A stretch of DNA of 63,646 nt, counting the filler, from Chrysochromulina tobinii (taxonomy: Eukaryota), in NCBI GenBank assembly GCA_001275005.1. It is 4 parts of 4 records of this genome, joined end to end, with 100 filler letters (N's around TTAATTAATTAA, not from the genome) between each part and the next. Parts side by side here need not be neighbours in the genome. Positions count along the whole stretch, not along the records: positions 30,403 to 48,974 come from JWZX01000764.1; positions 49,075 to 63,646 come from JWZX01000767.1; 2 more parts are not named here. One strand, written 5' to 3'. Within the stretch, counting starts at the first letter, position 1. Every line of letters starts with the position of its first letter. Made by a program: the position numbers and the translations under genes. Below the pieces are notes generated by a model that saw nothing but the letters and a program-made list of their open reading frames with translations, had not been told where the DNA came from and did not search any database. Positions 43,951-55,129 of the stretch are shown here, piece by piece.

Positions 43951-46421
43951 TCATCCCGAGCCGCGCGACTTGGCTTTTCGCAGCTTCTCACGCGGCGTCT
44001 GCGGCGGCGGCGCGACCCCCGCCACCTCGGCGCCTACGAGCTCGCCGTCGATACCGCCTTGCAGGATCTTCATCTGCGACTCGAAGTGGAAGGTGAGGTC
44101 GCGCAGCTGCTCCTCCATGTCCTTGGTCTTGGCGAGCAGCTCGGCCTCGCGCCGCTCCGAGTCGGCAAGCCGCTTGCGGAGCGCCTCCTGGTTGCGCATC
44201 AGCTGCTCGTTGAGAGACTTGTTGAAATCGCGCTCCTTGATAGCCGTTTCCGCCGACTGGACGCGCTTGGCGCTCGCACGCGACTCGCGCTTGACGAGCT
44301 CAAGCTCGCGGCCGAGCACCTCCTCACGCTGGCCAATATCTTCCTCGAGCTCGAAGAGATGGCGCTTGTGTATCCGCTCGAGCTCGACGAGCCTTTCATC
44401 GTAGTGGCGGCGCTGCACCTGATGAGGGAGGCACTCAGCGGCGCATGAGAGACATGATGAGGGAGGCACTCAGCGGCGCTTGAGAGACATCTTATCGTAG
44501 TGGCGGCGCTGCACCTCGAGCTGGCCCGTGAGAAGGAGCGAGTACTCGTGCACGACGGCCTCGTACTGCTCCTCCTGCCCGCGCCGCTTGAGCTCGCGCG
44601 CCGCGTCCGAGGCCGTCGACGCCCCGTCCATTGCCGACGAGCCGCCGCCGTGCGGGTCAGGGAGCTCGACGAGCTTGCCGTCCACCTTATTTTGGATCAG
44701 CCGGTGCACGTAATTGTCTCCTGCGCATTAGCGTGCATCCCACGCAATCAGACGCAATCAGACGCAATCAGACGCAATCAGACGCAATCAGACGCAATCA
44801 GACGCAATCACTCACCGGAGTAGTCCCACACCCGCTGGGTCGAGAGCTCGAGCGCGAAGTTGTGCCCGGTCGCCTCGTTGTGGTGCAGGCCCGAGCCGCA
44901 GCCCGTGTACCGCCCGCAGCCTACGTGGCCGCATACGAGGCAGATCCACAAGGCCTCCAGGGTGCCGCACACCTCGCAGCTAGTGCGCCCGTGGGTGTCA
45001 TCGGACACGTGGCGGCACACCGGGCACGACGAGTCGGCCCAGCGACGCAGGCACTCGCAGTGGAAGCTATGATCGCACACGATCGTCACGATACCGGTCA
45101 CGGATGGATCGAGACGTTCGAGGCACACGGGGCACGAGGGCAGCTCTACTGGATGACTCAGCAGAGCGCCAAGCGGCAGTGGCGGCAGCGTGGCGCGCCG
45201 GCCGCGCTGCGCTCGCTCGACGGCGGCGCGCGCCTCGCTCGAGGGCGGCGGCAGCGGCGGCCTCGGGTAGCGTGCCGCCGCATCCACCGCTCGCATCGGG
45301 TCAACCGCACTGCTCGTCCACAACTGTAGCCGTACCCTCGGGCGCTGTTGTGGGCGCTGAGAGTCCGAGGCTGAGGGCGCTGTTGTGGGCGCGATGGTGC
45401 TCCTCGGTGCACCAGCCGCCGGGTCGCTCGCCTCCCCGCCCGCTACGACGCCCGCTGGGTCACGTGGCTCTTGGCCGGCCTCCGGGTCGCACCCTTCACA
45501 CTTGAGGCGCGCTGCATTCACGTGCAGGCGTACTCGGACCTCCGGCGCGCGCGAGCCAGCTGATGCCGGTACAGTCTGAAGAGGCGGCGCGAAGACTGCC
45601 GCGGCGACGTGCACCACGAGCGCGACCTCCGGCTCGAGCGAGTTGAAGCGCTTCGCGTGGTAATCGGCGCGGAAGCGCTCGGCGATCGAGGGTGATCCGA
45701 ACTGCAGCAGCACCATGTGCCGGTGCGGCATCGACGCGTCGCGCAGCACTCGCATGTGGCGCACCATGCGGGCGTAACCGCCGAAGAAGTGGATCAGGTC
45801 GGCGCTGGAGAGCCACGACGGCACGGCAGGGATGCACACCACGTTAGAGCGCAGCGGCGGCGGCCGCAGCCCGACGACGCCCGCCGGCTCCTCATAACGA
45901 TAGAAGCCGATCGAGCCCACTTTCAACTCCCCGTTCGGGTGGCCGGCGACGAAGCCCACCTGCGTGAGCTCGAGCTTGGCCACGCCCGTATCTGAGCTCG
46001 AGGCCCCGCTAGCTATTGCCGCGGAGCTATCGCCCTCGCCGTCGTGCGCTTCGCCGTCCTCTTCGTTCTCATCCTCGTCGTCGTCGTCGTCGTCGTCGCC
46101 CTCATCATCCAGCATCGTCGCATCATCGCCGACCAGCCAGGGCGAGGCGCCGCCGCTCCACCGCGGGTGAGGCGATGGCCGCGTGAGTTGCGCACCAGTT
46201 GCTGTCGACGAACTGCCATGCACGCCTGCCAGTTCCGCGTCGTCGTCGGCTGTGGATGAGGCGCCCGGCAGTATCGTTGGCGTCGGCGAATTGCGCAAGT
46301 CGAGTTGGGACTCCTCGACTTGCACGCCAACATCGACGTGCAGAATCGGCTCGAATGTGGGTTCGGGCAGTGTTCGCAGGTACGCCTCGTTACTTGGGAG
46401 CACGGCGCGGATGGCGTACAT
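43951..46421 (-). CDS. BRAP: BRAP2/IMP/ETP1-like RING + ZnF-UBP E3 ligase; introns 44815-44721 and 44514-44419
   Basis: BRAP2 domain (FNSLEPE), [18 protein letters not shown]2, [15 protein letters not shown]n[21 protein letters not shown], coiled coil ending LEEQLRDL-like ([13 protein letters not shown]). Confidence 0.92.
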
Positions 46422-46822
46422 CGCTCTTCTCCTACAGGCCGTGCGAAGACGGAGTGCAAGTTTAGTCAAGTGACAAGTCAAGTCAAGTCAAGTCAACTCC
46501 GCCCGTTCCCTGCATCTTGCAACAATTGTCTTGCAAGTTTACAAGAGGTCTCGCGGGGTCCCCCGCTCCCGTCACGTCCCTCTCAAGTGACAAGTCGCGG
46601 GTGACGCGGGATAAAAAGTTTTATTTGAAAGCACGCGGCACTGGTATTCTAAAGCACACATGACCTGAGGAGAGCCAAAGGAGGGACGTCGCCCTCCAAT
46701 GTGAACGTAGGTGGCCCTCGACCCGCCATGCTCGACACGTGTTCCATCAAATTTGCATGCGCTGCGTGTGTGTGGCCCCTCCACGGCGCACTCGATAGGC
46801 ACAGTTTGCTGGGTGGGCCGCT

Positions 46823-47794
46823 CTAATCCTCGGCGCGGCTGCTGCGCTGCGACTTGCGCTGCGACAGCTTCTCGGCGCGCTTCTCGCGCTGCTCCTTCTG
46901 GCGGCGAGCCACAAGGCGCTGGTAGTCGGCCGCCTCTGTCTTCGCCTTGACCTGGCGAGCCTTCTTCAGGGACATGCGGTGGCGCTTGCGCTGCAGCGAA
47001 ATGGGGGTGACGAGGCGCTGAATCTTGGGCGCCTTGGACGTCGGCTTCTTGTCCTCCTTTTTGTTGGGCACCTCGCGGCGGATGACGTACTTGCGCACGT
47101 CGTCCTCCTTGTCGAGGTGGAAGAGCTTCCGGATCTTCGAGGCACGCTTCGGGCCGAGGCGGCGCGGCACGAGCTTGTCGGTGAGTCCCTCGATCTCACC
47201 GGGGCCCTTTTTGACAACCACCATGTGCAGCACAGACGTCGCTTGCGAGACGATGCAGCCACGCACGGCCTTGCGGTACCGCTCGCCCTTGCGCATGCCA
47301 AAGCCACGGCAGCCCTGATCGCCCTTAGCCATCATCAGCCGCACGCGGTCCTTGGTGAGGACACCCTGGTGCATCGAGAAACCCTGCTTGTCCTGACCAC
47401 CCGCAATCTTGAAGATGTAGCCCTTGAACTCGTCAGAAATAATCTCGCCCTCCACCTCAGCCGAGAGGCGCAGGTCGTACAGCGAACGCAGCTTCTTGTC
47501 ATCATCGACTTCCATCATCTTCTGACCGCCCGTGGACGGCATCGCAATGTTAAGCTGTGGACACAGAGCAGGACGGGCGCATCAGAGGCATGCGTCGAGT
47601 TCACTGGCGCAGGGATCAGCCGGCAGCGCGCTGACAACGCAGACGGCCAGTTCTTGGCCTGGCGCAGAAACGTCCACGTCCACCAAGGCCGCCTTCGAGC
47701 TGATCGCTCTCAACGAGGTGCTGCGAATGCCGGCAGCCGGTGCGAGGTCGACTGCGCAAGCCGGGCACGGCTCGGGCGAGTTGCGCACCTTCAT
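46823..47794 (-). CDS. RPS6: 40S ribosomal protein S6 (eS6); exons 47794-47789, 47554-46823
   Basis: [50 protein letters not shown]; intron immediately after ATG AAG. Confidence 0.97.
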
Positions 47795-48001
47795 CGCGGC
47801 CGAGGATGGTGTGAGGAGCAAAGCAGGCACGAGGCGGTGTTCCGCACTGTGGGGAAATCGCTTCCTTACAAAGCACGTCGCATGCTCGTCCCCGCAGCGA
47901 GCCGTCGCCTGCTCGCGGTGCCTGCGGCACGCCCATCGCTGCGTTCTGTGCGCTCACGCGCGCCTGCTCGTACCCTGCTGCTGCAGGTAGACTCTGCTGC
48001 G

Positions 48002-48592
48002 ATGGTCAAGTTCTCACGCGAGCCGGAAAATTCGGCCAAGTCGTGCAAGGCGTCGGGCTCTGATCTGCGTGTTCACTTCAAGAACACCTGCGTCACGGCC
48101 GATGCTATCCGGCACATGAGCCTGAAGAAGGCCAAGTCGTACCTTGAGGCTGTCCTCAAGAAGAAGCAGGCTGTGCCGTTCTTCTACTTCAATGGCTGCG
48201 TCGGCCGCCACGCTCAGGCCAAGTGCGCCCCGCATTCAGGCAAGAGCCACTCTGGCGCGGTGCAGTGCCGCTGGCCGACGAAGTCGGCCAACATCCTGCT
48301 TCACCTGCTCAAGAATGCTGAGAGCAACGCTGAGGTGAAGGGCCTCGACACCGAGACGCTCGTGATCTCGCACATCCAGGTCAACCGCGCGCAGCAGCAG
48401 CGCCGCCGCACGTATCGCGCCCACGGCCGCACTAACCCGTACATGTCGTCGCCGTCGCACATCGAGATGATTCTGTCGGAGAAGGTGGCGCCCGTTCCCA
48501 AGGGCGAGGTGGAGGGCGAGAAGAAGTCCAAGAAGCTCTCGGCCAAGCGGCTCGCGCAGCAGAGGTCGACCGCCATTGCCGCTGCGGATTAG
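48002..48592 (+). CDS. RPL17: 60S ribosomal protein L17 (uL22)
   Basis: [55 protein letters not shown]. Confidence 0.97.
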   Translation: MVKFSREPENSAKSCKASGSDLRVHFKNTCVTADAIRHMSLKKAKSYLEAVLKKKQAVPFFYFNGCVGRHAQAKCAPHSGKSHSGAVQCRWPTKSANILLHLLKNAESNAEVKGLDTETLVISHIQVNRAQQQRRRTYRAHGRTNPYMSSPSHIEMILSEKVAPVPKGEVEGEKKSKKLSAKRLAQQRSTAIAAAD

Positions 48593-48974
48593 AGCGTCGG
48601 CCGCCAATCGTTTGTGGAGCGCGTCCCCTCCCATCTCCTTACCTGGAGCCTGCGCAATGGTCAGTCTTTCCGCGTGCAACGGGACTGCACCCCGATATGC
48701 TGGGCGCGCCTAGCTGCGGGCACGTGCTTGACAGAGGAGTTGTACACACTCACATTGATGTGGGGTGCGCTCTAACTGCGAGAGGTGAGCAGGTGACGTC
48801 TGAGTTTGTTGCGCATGTTCATCGGGGTAAGAAAATACAGAAAGTCATGCTACTAATGACCGGACGTGAACGTCACACGCACCGCCGCGGTCCCCCCTGC
48901 GCAGTGATTCCCGGCGACGACCGGCGAACGCGAAGGGCGATTATGAGATACCGCCGCCGGCCCCGCCGCGGCCG

Positions 48975-49074
48975 NNNNNNNNNNNNNNNNNNNNNNNNNN
49001 NNNNNNNNNNNNNNNNNNTTAATTAATTAANNNNNNNNNNNNNNNNNNNNNNNNNNNNNNNNNNNNNNNNNNNN
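48975..49074. other. Artificial contig spacer
   Basis: 100-nt N block with TTAATTAATTAA. Confidence 0.97.
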
Positions 49075-51172
49075 GAGCCTGCGCTCCTCCATGCGGGCAT
49101 CGACGTGTAGGTCGGACGCCTGCTTGGCGATGAGCGGGTCCTGAATGAGAACGACGGACTCGCACGGCGGGCTCATGCATTTGGGGATCATGATGGATGT
49201 GCGGGGAGATGGATGTGCGAGGAGATGGGTGGGGAGAGATGGGTGCGGGGCGTACATTTGTTGGGCATCGTGCCCGACACGGTGCCGTCCGAGAGGAGGT
49301 AAGTGAGAGCTGGGCCGCCGTATGAGGCGTCGCGGATCCGGCGGGCCTCGCCGATGGGGTCAGCGACCCTGACGGCGGCAGCCTCGGCTGCGATGATCGG
49401 TGCGGCGGTGAGGCAGCCGATGGTGGCGCCGGAGGCGGCGGTCGATCGGGCCTTCCCCGCGGTCGATGCCTTCGGGATGACCGAGCGATCGGTTTCGTCG
49501 CGGGGCGCGGTGGTGGAGGATGATCGGGGAGCTGCGCGGGCTTCGCGGGCGGTATCGGCGGTGGAGCGCAGACGGCGCCCAGCCTCGAGCCACGACGAAG
49601 GGGGGGAGAGCCACAAGGGTATGGTAGAGCCCCCGGGTGCAGAGGCTTGCGCTGCGGCTAAGATGAGCTTCCAGTTATCGGCCGCTTGCGCGGCCAGGCC
49701 GGCGGCATCGGCGGCGAAGAAGGCGTCTGTAGGCGGCTTGCCGGCGGCGAGGGAGATGGCGGCGGTGAGGTCGCCGTCGGGCTTGCCGAACGAGTCGGCG
49801 ATGGCATGGATGATCTCGGCGGCGGAGAGGTGCTCAGAGCCGGCGATGACGAGCCCGTCGAATGGGCGGGGGACAAGAGGAGAGGTGCCCAAGGGGGCTC
49901 CGATGGGGATGATTGGCGGGGCGAATCCCAGATGGGGGCCGAAGCCAGATGGGGGCGGTGGGAAGTGCGGCGGCGGCGGCACGAACCCGGTGGTGCGCAG
50001 CGTCGCGCTGATGGTGGCGACGGCGGAATCCATCTGCACGATGGTGAGGCCGACCGCGCCGCTGAGCAGGCGGCGCGCTTCGATCTGGAAGGGATCGGGG
50101 GCGGGGTGGATGGAGGCGAGGGCGGCTGCGACGGCGGCGGCTACGGGGTCGACGGCGGGAGCCGAGGCGGGTGGGGCTGCGTAGCGAGCTGCAATGGCCT
50201 CGGCGGCCTGAAGCTGTTGGCCGATGTGGCGGCCGGTCTCGGCTAGGCCGATCGCGACGCCGTGGGCGGCCAAGTTGGCATTGGCGGTGATGATGATGGC
50301 GTGGTGTGCGGATATAGCGTCGATGGCGGCGGAGAACGCGGCGAAGAAGGGCGGTGCGGCGAGGCGAGCCGCGGCGAGGATGGGGCCATCGGCGGGGTTG
50401 GCGGGGGGCTGGATGGATGCGAGGGCTACCGAAAGGGGGCGGCCGATGTTATCGCCGAGGAGCCCCGCGACAAATGTGGCGGTATGAGCGCAAAAGTCGT
50501 CGGGATTACAGTAGAGATGACGGTGAGGGATGCGATGCGCATCGCGCGGGAGGGGCTGCCGATCGGGCCGAGGAAGGGCTCCTGGTCGATCGCGGTGGCG
50601 TCCGCGGCGGCGATGGTGAGGATGCCAGCTTGGGTGGGGATGGCGGGCGGTGCGCCCGGCGAACCGGCCCACGGAATCCACGAGCCACCGACGAGTCCGA
50701 CGGCTTGGTCGATGGTGATAGTTTGTGGGGCCCCGACTCCGATCGTGGCGGAGAGAGAGTCGAATGGCGTGCCGACGATGGGGGAGAAGGAGACGGGGGC
50801 GCCCGTCGGCGAGCCGCCGACGGTCATCTGCATCTCGTTGGATCCGCCGGCAGTCCGAAGGATGTTGTAGATAACGTTATCGACGTTGAGCGTTGCGAAG
50901 AGTGCCTCCGATCTGTCGGATGCGGAGGCGGGATCGCCGTCATCGCTGACAGAGATCTGCTTGGATCTCGACGTGTGGATGGATACCACGTCGGGAAGGA
51001 GGAAGTAAGTGGGCCCTGGTGCCCGTGCGATGGCGCCCTGCAGCCTGAGTCTCGACCCGACCGAGTCGGCCGGGTTGAATGCAGGTGGTACTGGCGGAAT
51101 CGAAGGGGCGTCGGGGGATAAGATTGTTGCGGCCAGTTTGTTGGCCGCTTGCTTCAGAGCTGAAAATACCAT
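49075..51172 (-). CDS. Ala/Pro/Ile-rich hypothetical protein with a frame break near 50480; possibly repeat-derived
   Basis: Overlapping minus-strand ORFs (MVFSALKQ...TTFALIP / ATFVAGLLGDNIG...) run towards the contig edge; no recognisable domain. Confidence 0.35.
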
Positions 51173-51491
51173 CTGCTGTTCTCTCGTGACCGAGGCGGGG
51201 AGGGCGGTGAGCCCAACCAGAGCTGAGTGCAGGGGAGAAAGTGGAGATGGGGCGAGATGTGGACGTCCAGAAGGAAATAAACTTTGGACGTGGAGAGGGA
51301 AATGGGGGGAGATTGATGGATGCATGCATGAGTGATGGATGAGATGATAGATGAGAACACGGTACATTCCGGTCCTACCGGAATGGATGAGGGCCTGAGG
51401 CATATGTGAACCGGCACAACGCTCCCACGCCTGCATCACCCGAACGAGCAAGCTCATTAGCCTGGTTCACACCGTGGCACTCGAAAAGCAT

Positions 51492-54103
51492 ATGCTCGCG
51501 CTCGGCGCGCTCTTGGTGCACGCCGCCGCCGCCATCACCATCGAGCTCAAGCTCGATACCTTCCATCCAGGGTCTCTCGAAGAGGGCGGCAGCTCCCTAT
51601 TCCGGCTGTGGCTCGCGCTGCCGAGCGACCTCAAGGTGGTGCTGCTACCGCTCAAGGGTGACCCGAGGGTGGTGATCTCGCTGGACGAGAATGCGACGGC
51701 GGAGCCCTCTTGGACGTTGAACAGCGATGGCGGTTTGGAAGAGCTGCTCCTACGTCGCGATGTCCTCCCTGTGCCGTGCTTCCTCTACTTGCGGCTCTCC
51801 GCCTACTCGCAGACGGCGTTTCGCATCGGCGTGCTGAATGCCCTGGATCCGTTTTCGACCAGCGGCGAGCCGTGCGCCCCAGACTGCGCGCCCGCGATGC
51901 TCGCCAACGAGGCGTGCGACTTGCTGTGCAACACGACGCGCTGCGCCTTTGACCGCGGCACGTGCCTCACGGAGCTGGAGAAGCAGTGCTCGCCCGGCTG
52001 CAGCAGCGAGTGGCTTGAAGATGGCGGTGCGTGCCGGGTGGCTGCACCTCGATCCATCGGCTGGGTGGCTGCGTGCTGCAGCTTGCATCCGCGCTGCACT
52101 GACTTGCGTGTGCGTGCGTGTGTGCCCGTGCGTGCCCGTGCCACGTCTGCGCTCCGCAGTTTGCGATGCGGCGTGCTACACGGAGGCATGTGGGTGGGAT
52201 GCCGCGGACTGCGAGGAGAGCGATCTCGCTAGTAATCTCGCGGGCTGTGCGGACAGATGCCGACCCGAGTACATCGACGACGGCGAGTGCGATCTGGCGT
52301 GCAACGTGGCGGCGTGCCTCTTCGACGGCGCCGACTGCTCACACGGCCATGGAGAGTGCTACGAGCTCCCGAATGGAGAGGACTATCGCGGTGCTGTGAA
52401 CGTGACTGCTTCCGGCCACGGGTGCCAGCGCTGGTCCGCGCAGTTCCCGACGCAGCACTTCTTCACGCACGTGCGCTACCCATCAGCTGGCCTGGGCGCG
52501 CACACATCGTGCCGCAACCCAGGCGGCTTGCACCATCGCCCGTGGTGCTTCACGACAGACTCGCGTGTGCGGTGGGAGGAGTGCACCGTACCGGGCGCCT
52601 CCGAGGCCGGCTCGTGCTCTGAGCGGCTCCATCATCACCTTGTACCCCCGGCGATGCCACGAGCGTCCTCGACGTGTGAACGGCACTGCCCGCACGCGTT
52701 CGCGCTCCTGCTCTCGGGCGAATGCGATGCCGCCGTCGAGTGCGTAGCCGAAAGCGATCGCGATCGCGCTTCTGCCCCTGAGGCCCTGGAGTGGTCTGAT
52801 GGCCTGGTAGCCTCTGCTTGATAGCCTTTGCGCACGCGCCTCTCTGATCGCCTCTGGCTTTGCATTGTGTCTTCGCAGGGACGAGTGTACCACCGAGGCA
52901 TTGGCGACCACGATGGGTGGTGAGGACGGCAGCGCGACGGGCGAGGCGACGGTCCTTATGATGTTGGCCGCCGCCGCTGACGGTCTGCAGCCCACGGCAT
53001 CATTTGAGGAACGGAGGCCTTTGAATCCTATGGAAGGCTTTCGCAGGAGGGTCTCAGCCGATGAAGCTCCCCCGCCGCCCGTGTCCGCGATGCTGCAGCA
53101 GCTGAGCCTTCTCGTGTCCTCGCTGGGGGCAGGGCTGGGGGCAGGGCTGGGGGCGGGGCTGGGGGCTGGGCTGGCGGGGCTGGAGGCACGAGCGCCTCGT
53201 GAGCGTCAGATGCAGCTTCTCTCTGGGCTCGCTTCTACCTCGAGGAAGAGGCGCGAGGACGCTGCGGAGGAGGCAGATCAGCAAGCCGCGGCGCCCGCGG
53301 CGGAGCAGCAGCCGCAGCAGCCGAAAGCGGCCGTGGAGGCGGGAACGCTCGAGCTGGGTGCTGGCACGGACGACGGCACTGAGTCTGGCTCATTCTCGAC
53401 CGGCGGTGATGGAATGAGCAGCAGCGGGATGGGAAGCGGCGCTGGAGGCAGCGGGGTTGGAGGCAGCAGCGGCAGCGATGGCGGCAGCGATGGCGGCAGC
53501 AGCGATGGCGGCAGCGACGCCGAACGCCGATTGTCAGAAGACTCAACGGAGAAGGCTGAGCCAGAAGGTGGTGAGCCTAGCCCTCCGCCACCCCCCGAGC
53601 CCTCGCCACCTGAGCCATCTCCGCCTCCGCCCTCTCCATCCCCAAACCCGCCAGAGCCATCTCCACCGCCACCCTCTCCCGATCGCAACAGTGATGGTGG
53701 CAGCAGCCATGCCGCGAGTGGCGAGCCCACCCGCCCCATGGGCGGTCCCGTCTGCGCAGAGGAACGGCGCGCGTGCCACACGCGCCGTGCCGAGCGCGAG
53801 AGGCTCTCGATTGTGCTCTGGGTCTCATTGCTGGGCACCGCGTGCTTCGTGCTGACGCTGCTCGTGCATGCGGCGCGGGTGACCTCGGGTGACCTCCGCT
53901 CAGGCGACCTCCGCTCGCGACCCTGGGCGGCCTCAGGAGGCGGCTTCGCGCGAGGCGGCTACGCTACCGTGGCCACCACGCCTGGGGGAGAACGCCTCGA
54001 GCGCACACCCTTTGGGGCCTCTGCCAAAGAGGAGTTGCGGGGGCTGCGCGCGCGAGAACTCGATGAGGCCGAGCAGGCTGTGCTCGAGCTCGACGAAGAT
54101 TGA
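51492..54103 (+). CDS. Type I membrane protein with LNR (Notch) repeats and a kringle domain; introns 52027-52159 and about 52794-52878
   Basis: Signal peptide; three C...D(G).CD..CN...C.FDG.DC-type repeats; kringle CY..NGEDYRG...CQRW...CRNPG...PWCFT...WEEC; Pro-rich stalk; TM IVLWVSLLGTACFVLTLLV. Confidence 0.85.
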
Positions 54104-55035
54104 CGAGGGGCGCGAGAAGGCGAGAAGACTGCTCCTGGGCCCACGCCAACGCAAAGGTCAAGGCCGTTACATCTTCCTTCCCCCGCCGCGCCACCGCACG
54201 CAGTTTCACCTACGTTAAACGTTTCACACCGCGCCCGGTCCGTGCGAGACGAGACGACGCGTCCCTTTGTTACACGCGACGTTAGGATTAGATTCATCTC
54301 GATTTACCCCCGCGGCATATGCCGCGATCGACCGCCGGCCTAGAGACTCAGACCGCGCGCGAATCCCCGGCGCGACCGCGGCGCGTGCGATGCGGTCGCT
54401 ACAGGTCTTCTGACTTCTCGTTCTCCGCCGCCTCCCCCGGCTCCATGCCCGGCTCGCCCTCACTGATCACTGTGCGCCGCGCTGTGCTTCCGTTGCGTTC
54501 CCACAGTCACCCGCCACACCGCACTCACGTCAGCTTGTTCCCGCGTTCTTAGGCCGTCAGGGGGCGATGCGATGTAAGTTCGGACGCGGTAACGGTATAC
54601 TAACGGTATACGCGCTGCAGCACCGCCGCTCTGGACACGAGTAGAGAGCGACCGACCCGGCAGTCCCGCACCGGTAGCCGGAGTGAGAGACGCGGACCCC
54701 GCGGACGCGGCTCTCCCCCAGAGACCGGACGATCGATCATACGTGACATGACGACAAATGCGCGTTTCGACAGACGAAATGTACGAGTACTACCACGACA
54801 CCTACTGACGAAAGAGAGTGGCGTGCACGACCGCACGCAATCCAACGAAGCCGCCATGCGCCAAGGCGCGCTCGTTGGCTCCATGGCTCCATGGCGCGCT
54901 TGCGCGCGCTCAGGATCGCACCACCACATGCCATGCCACATGCTGCCAGCGGCCCGGCAATACTGTTGACGTTGCATGCCGCCCCCTCAGCCCCTCGCAA
55001 CGTCAGTCCCCGCATCTCTCCCCCTCCCCCACAAG

Positions 55036-55129
55036 AATCTCACATGTCGAGATTGGACGAATCTCACATGTCGAGATTGGACGAATCTCACATGTCGAGA
55101 TTGGACAATCTCACATGTCGAGATTGGAC
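55036..55129. repeat. 24-bp tandem repeat x4 with internal palindrome AATCTC-N7-GAGATT
   Basis: AATCTCACATGTCGAGATTGGAC(G) x4, overlapping the stop codon of the giant ORF. Confidence 0.92.

Noticed and set aside
46979..48001. N-terminal extension of the 537-aa ORF onto RPL17
   Set aside because: Antisense shadow of RPS6; the real start is MVKFSREP at 48002.
55036..55129. Palindromic repeats as a mini-CRISPR array
   Set aside because: Units are directly adjacent with no spacers and derive from the gene end.
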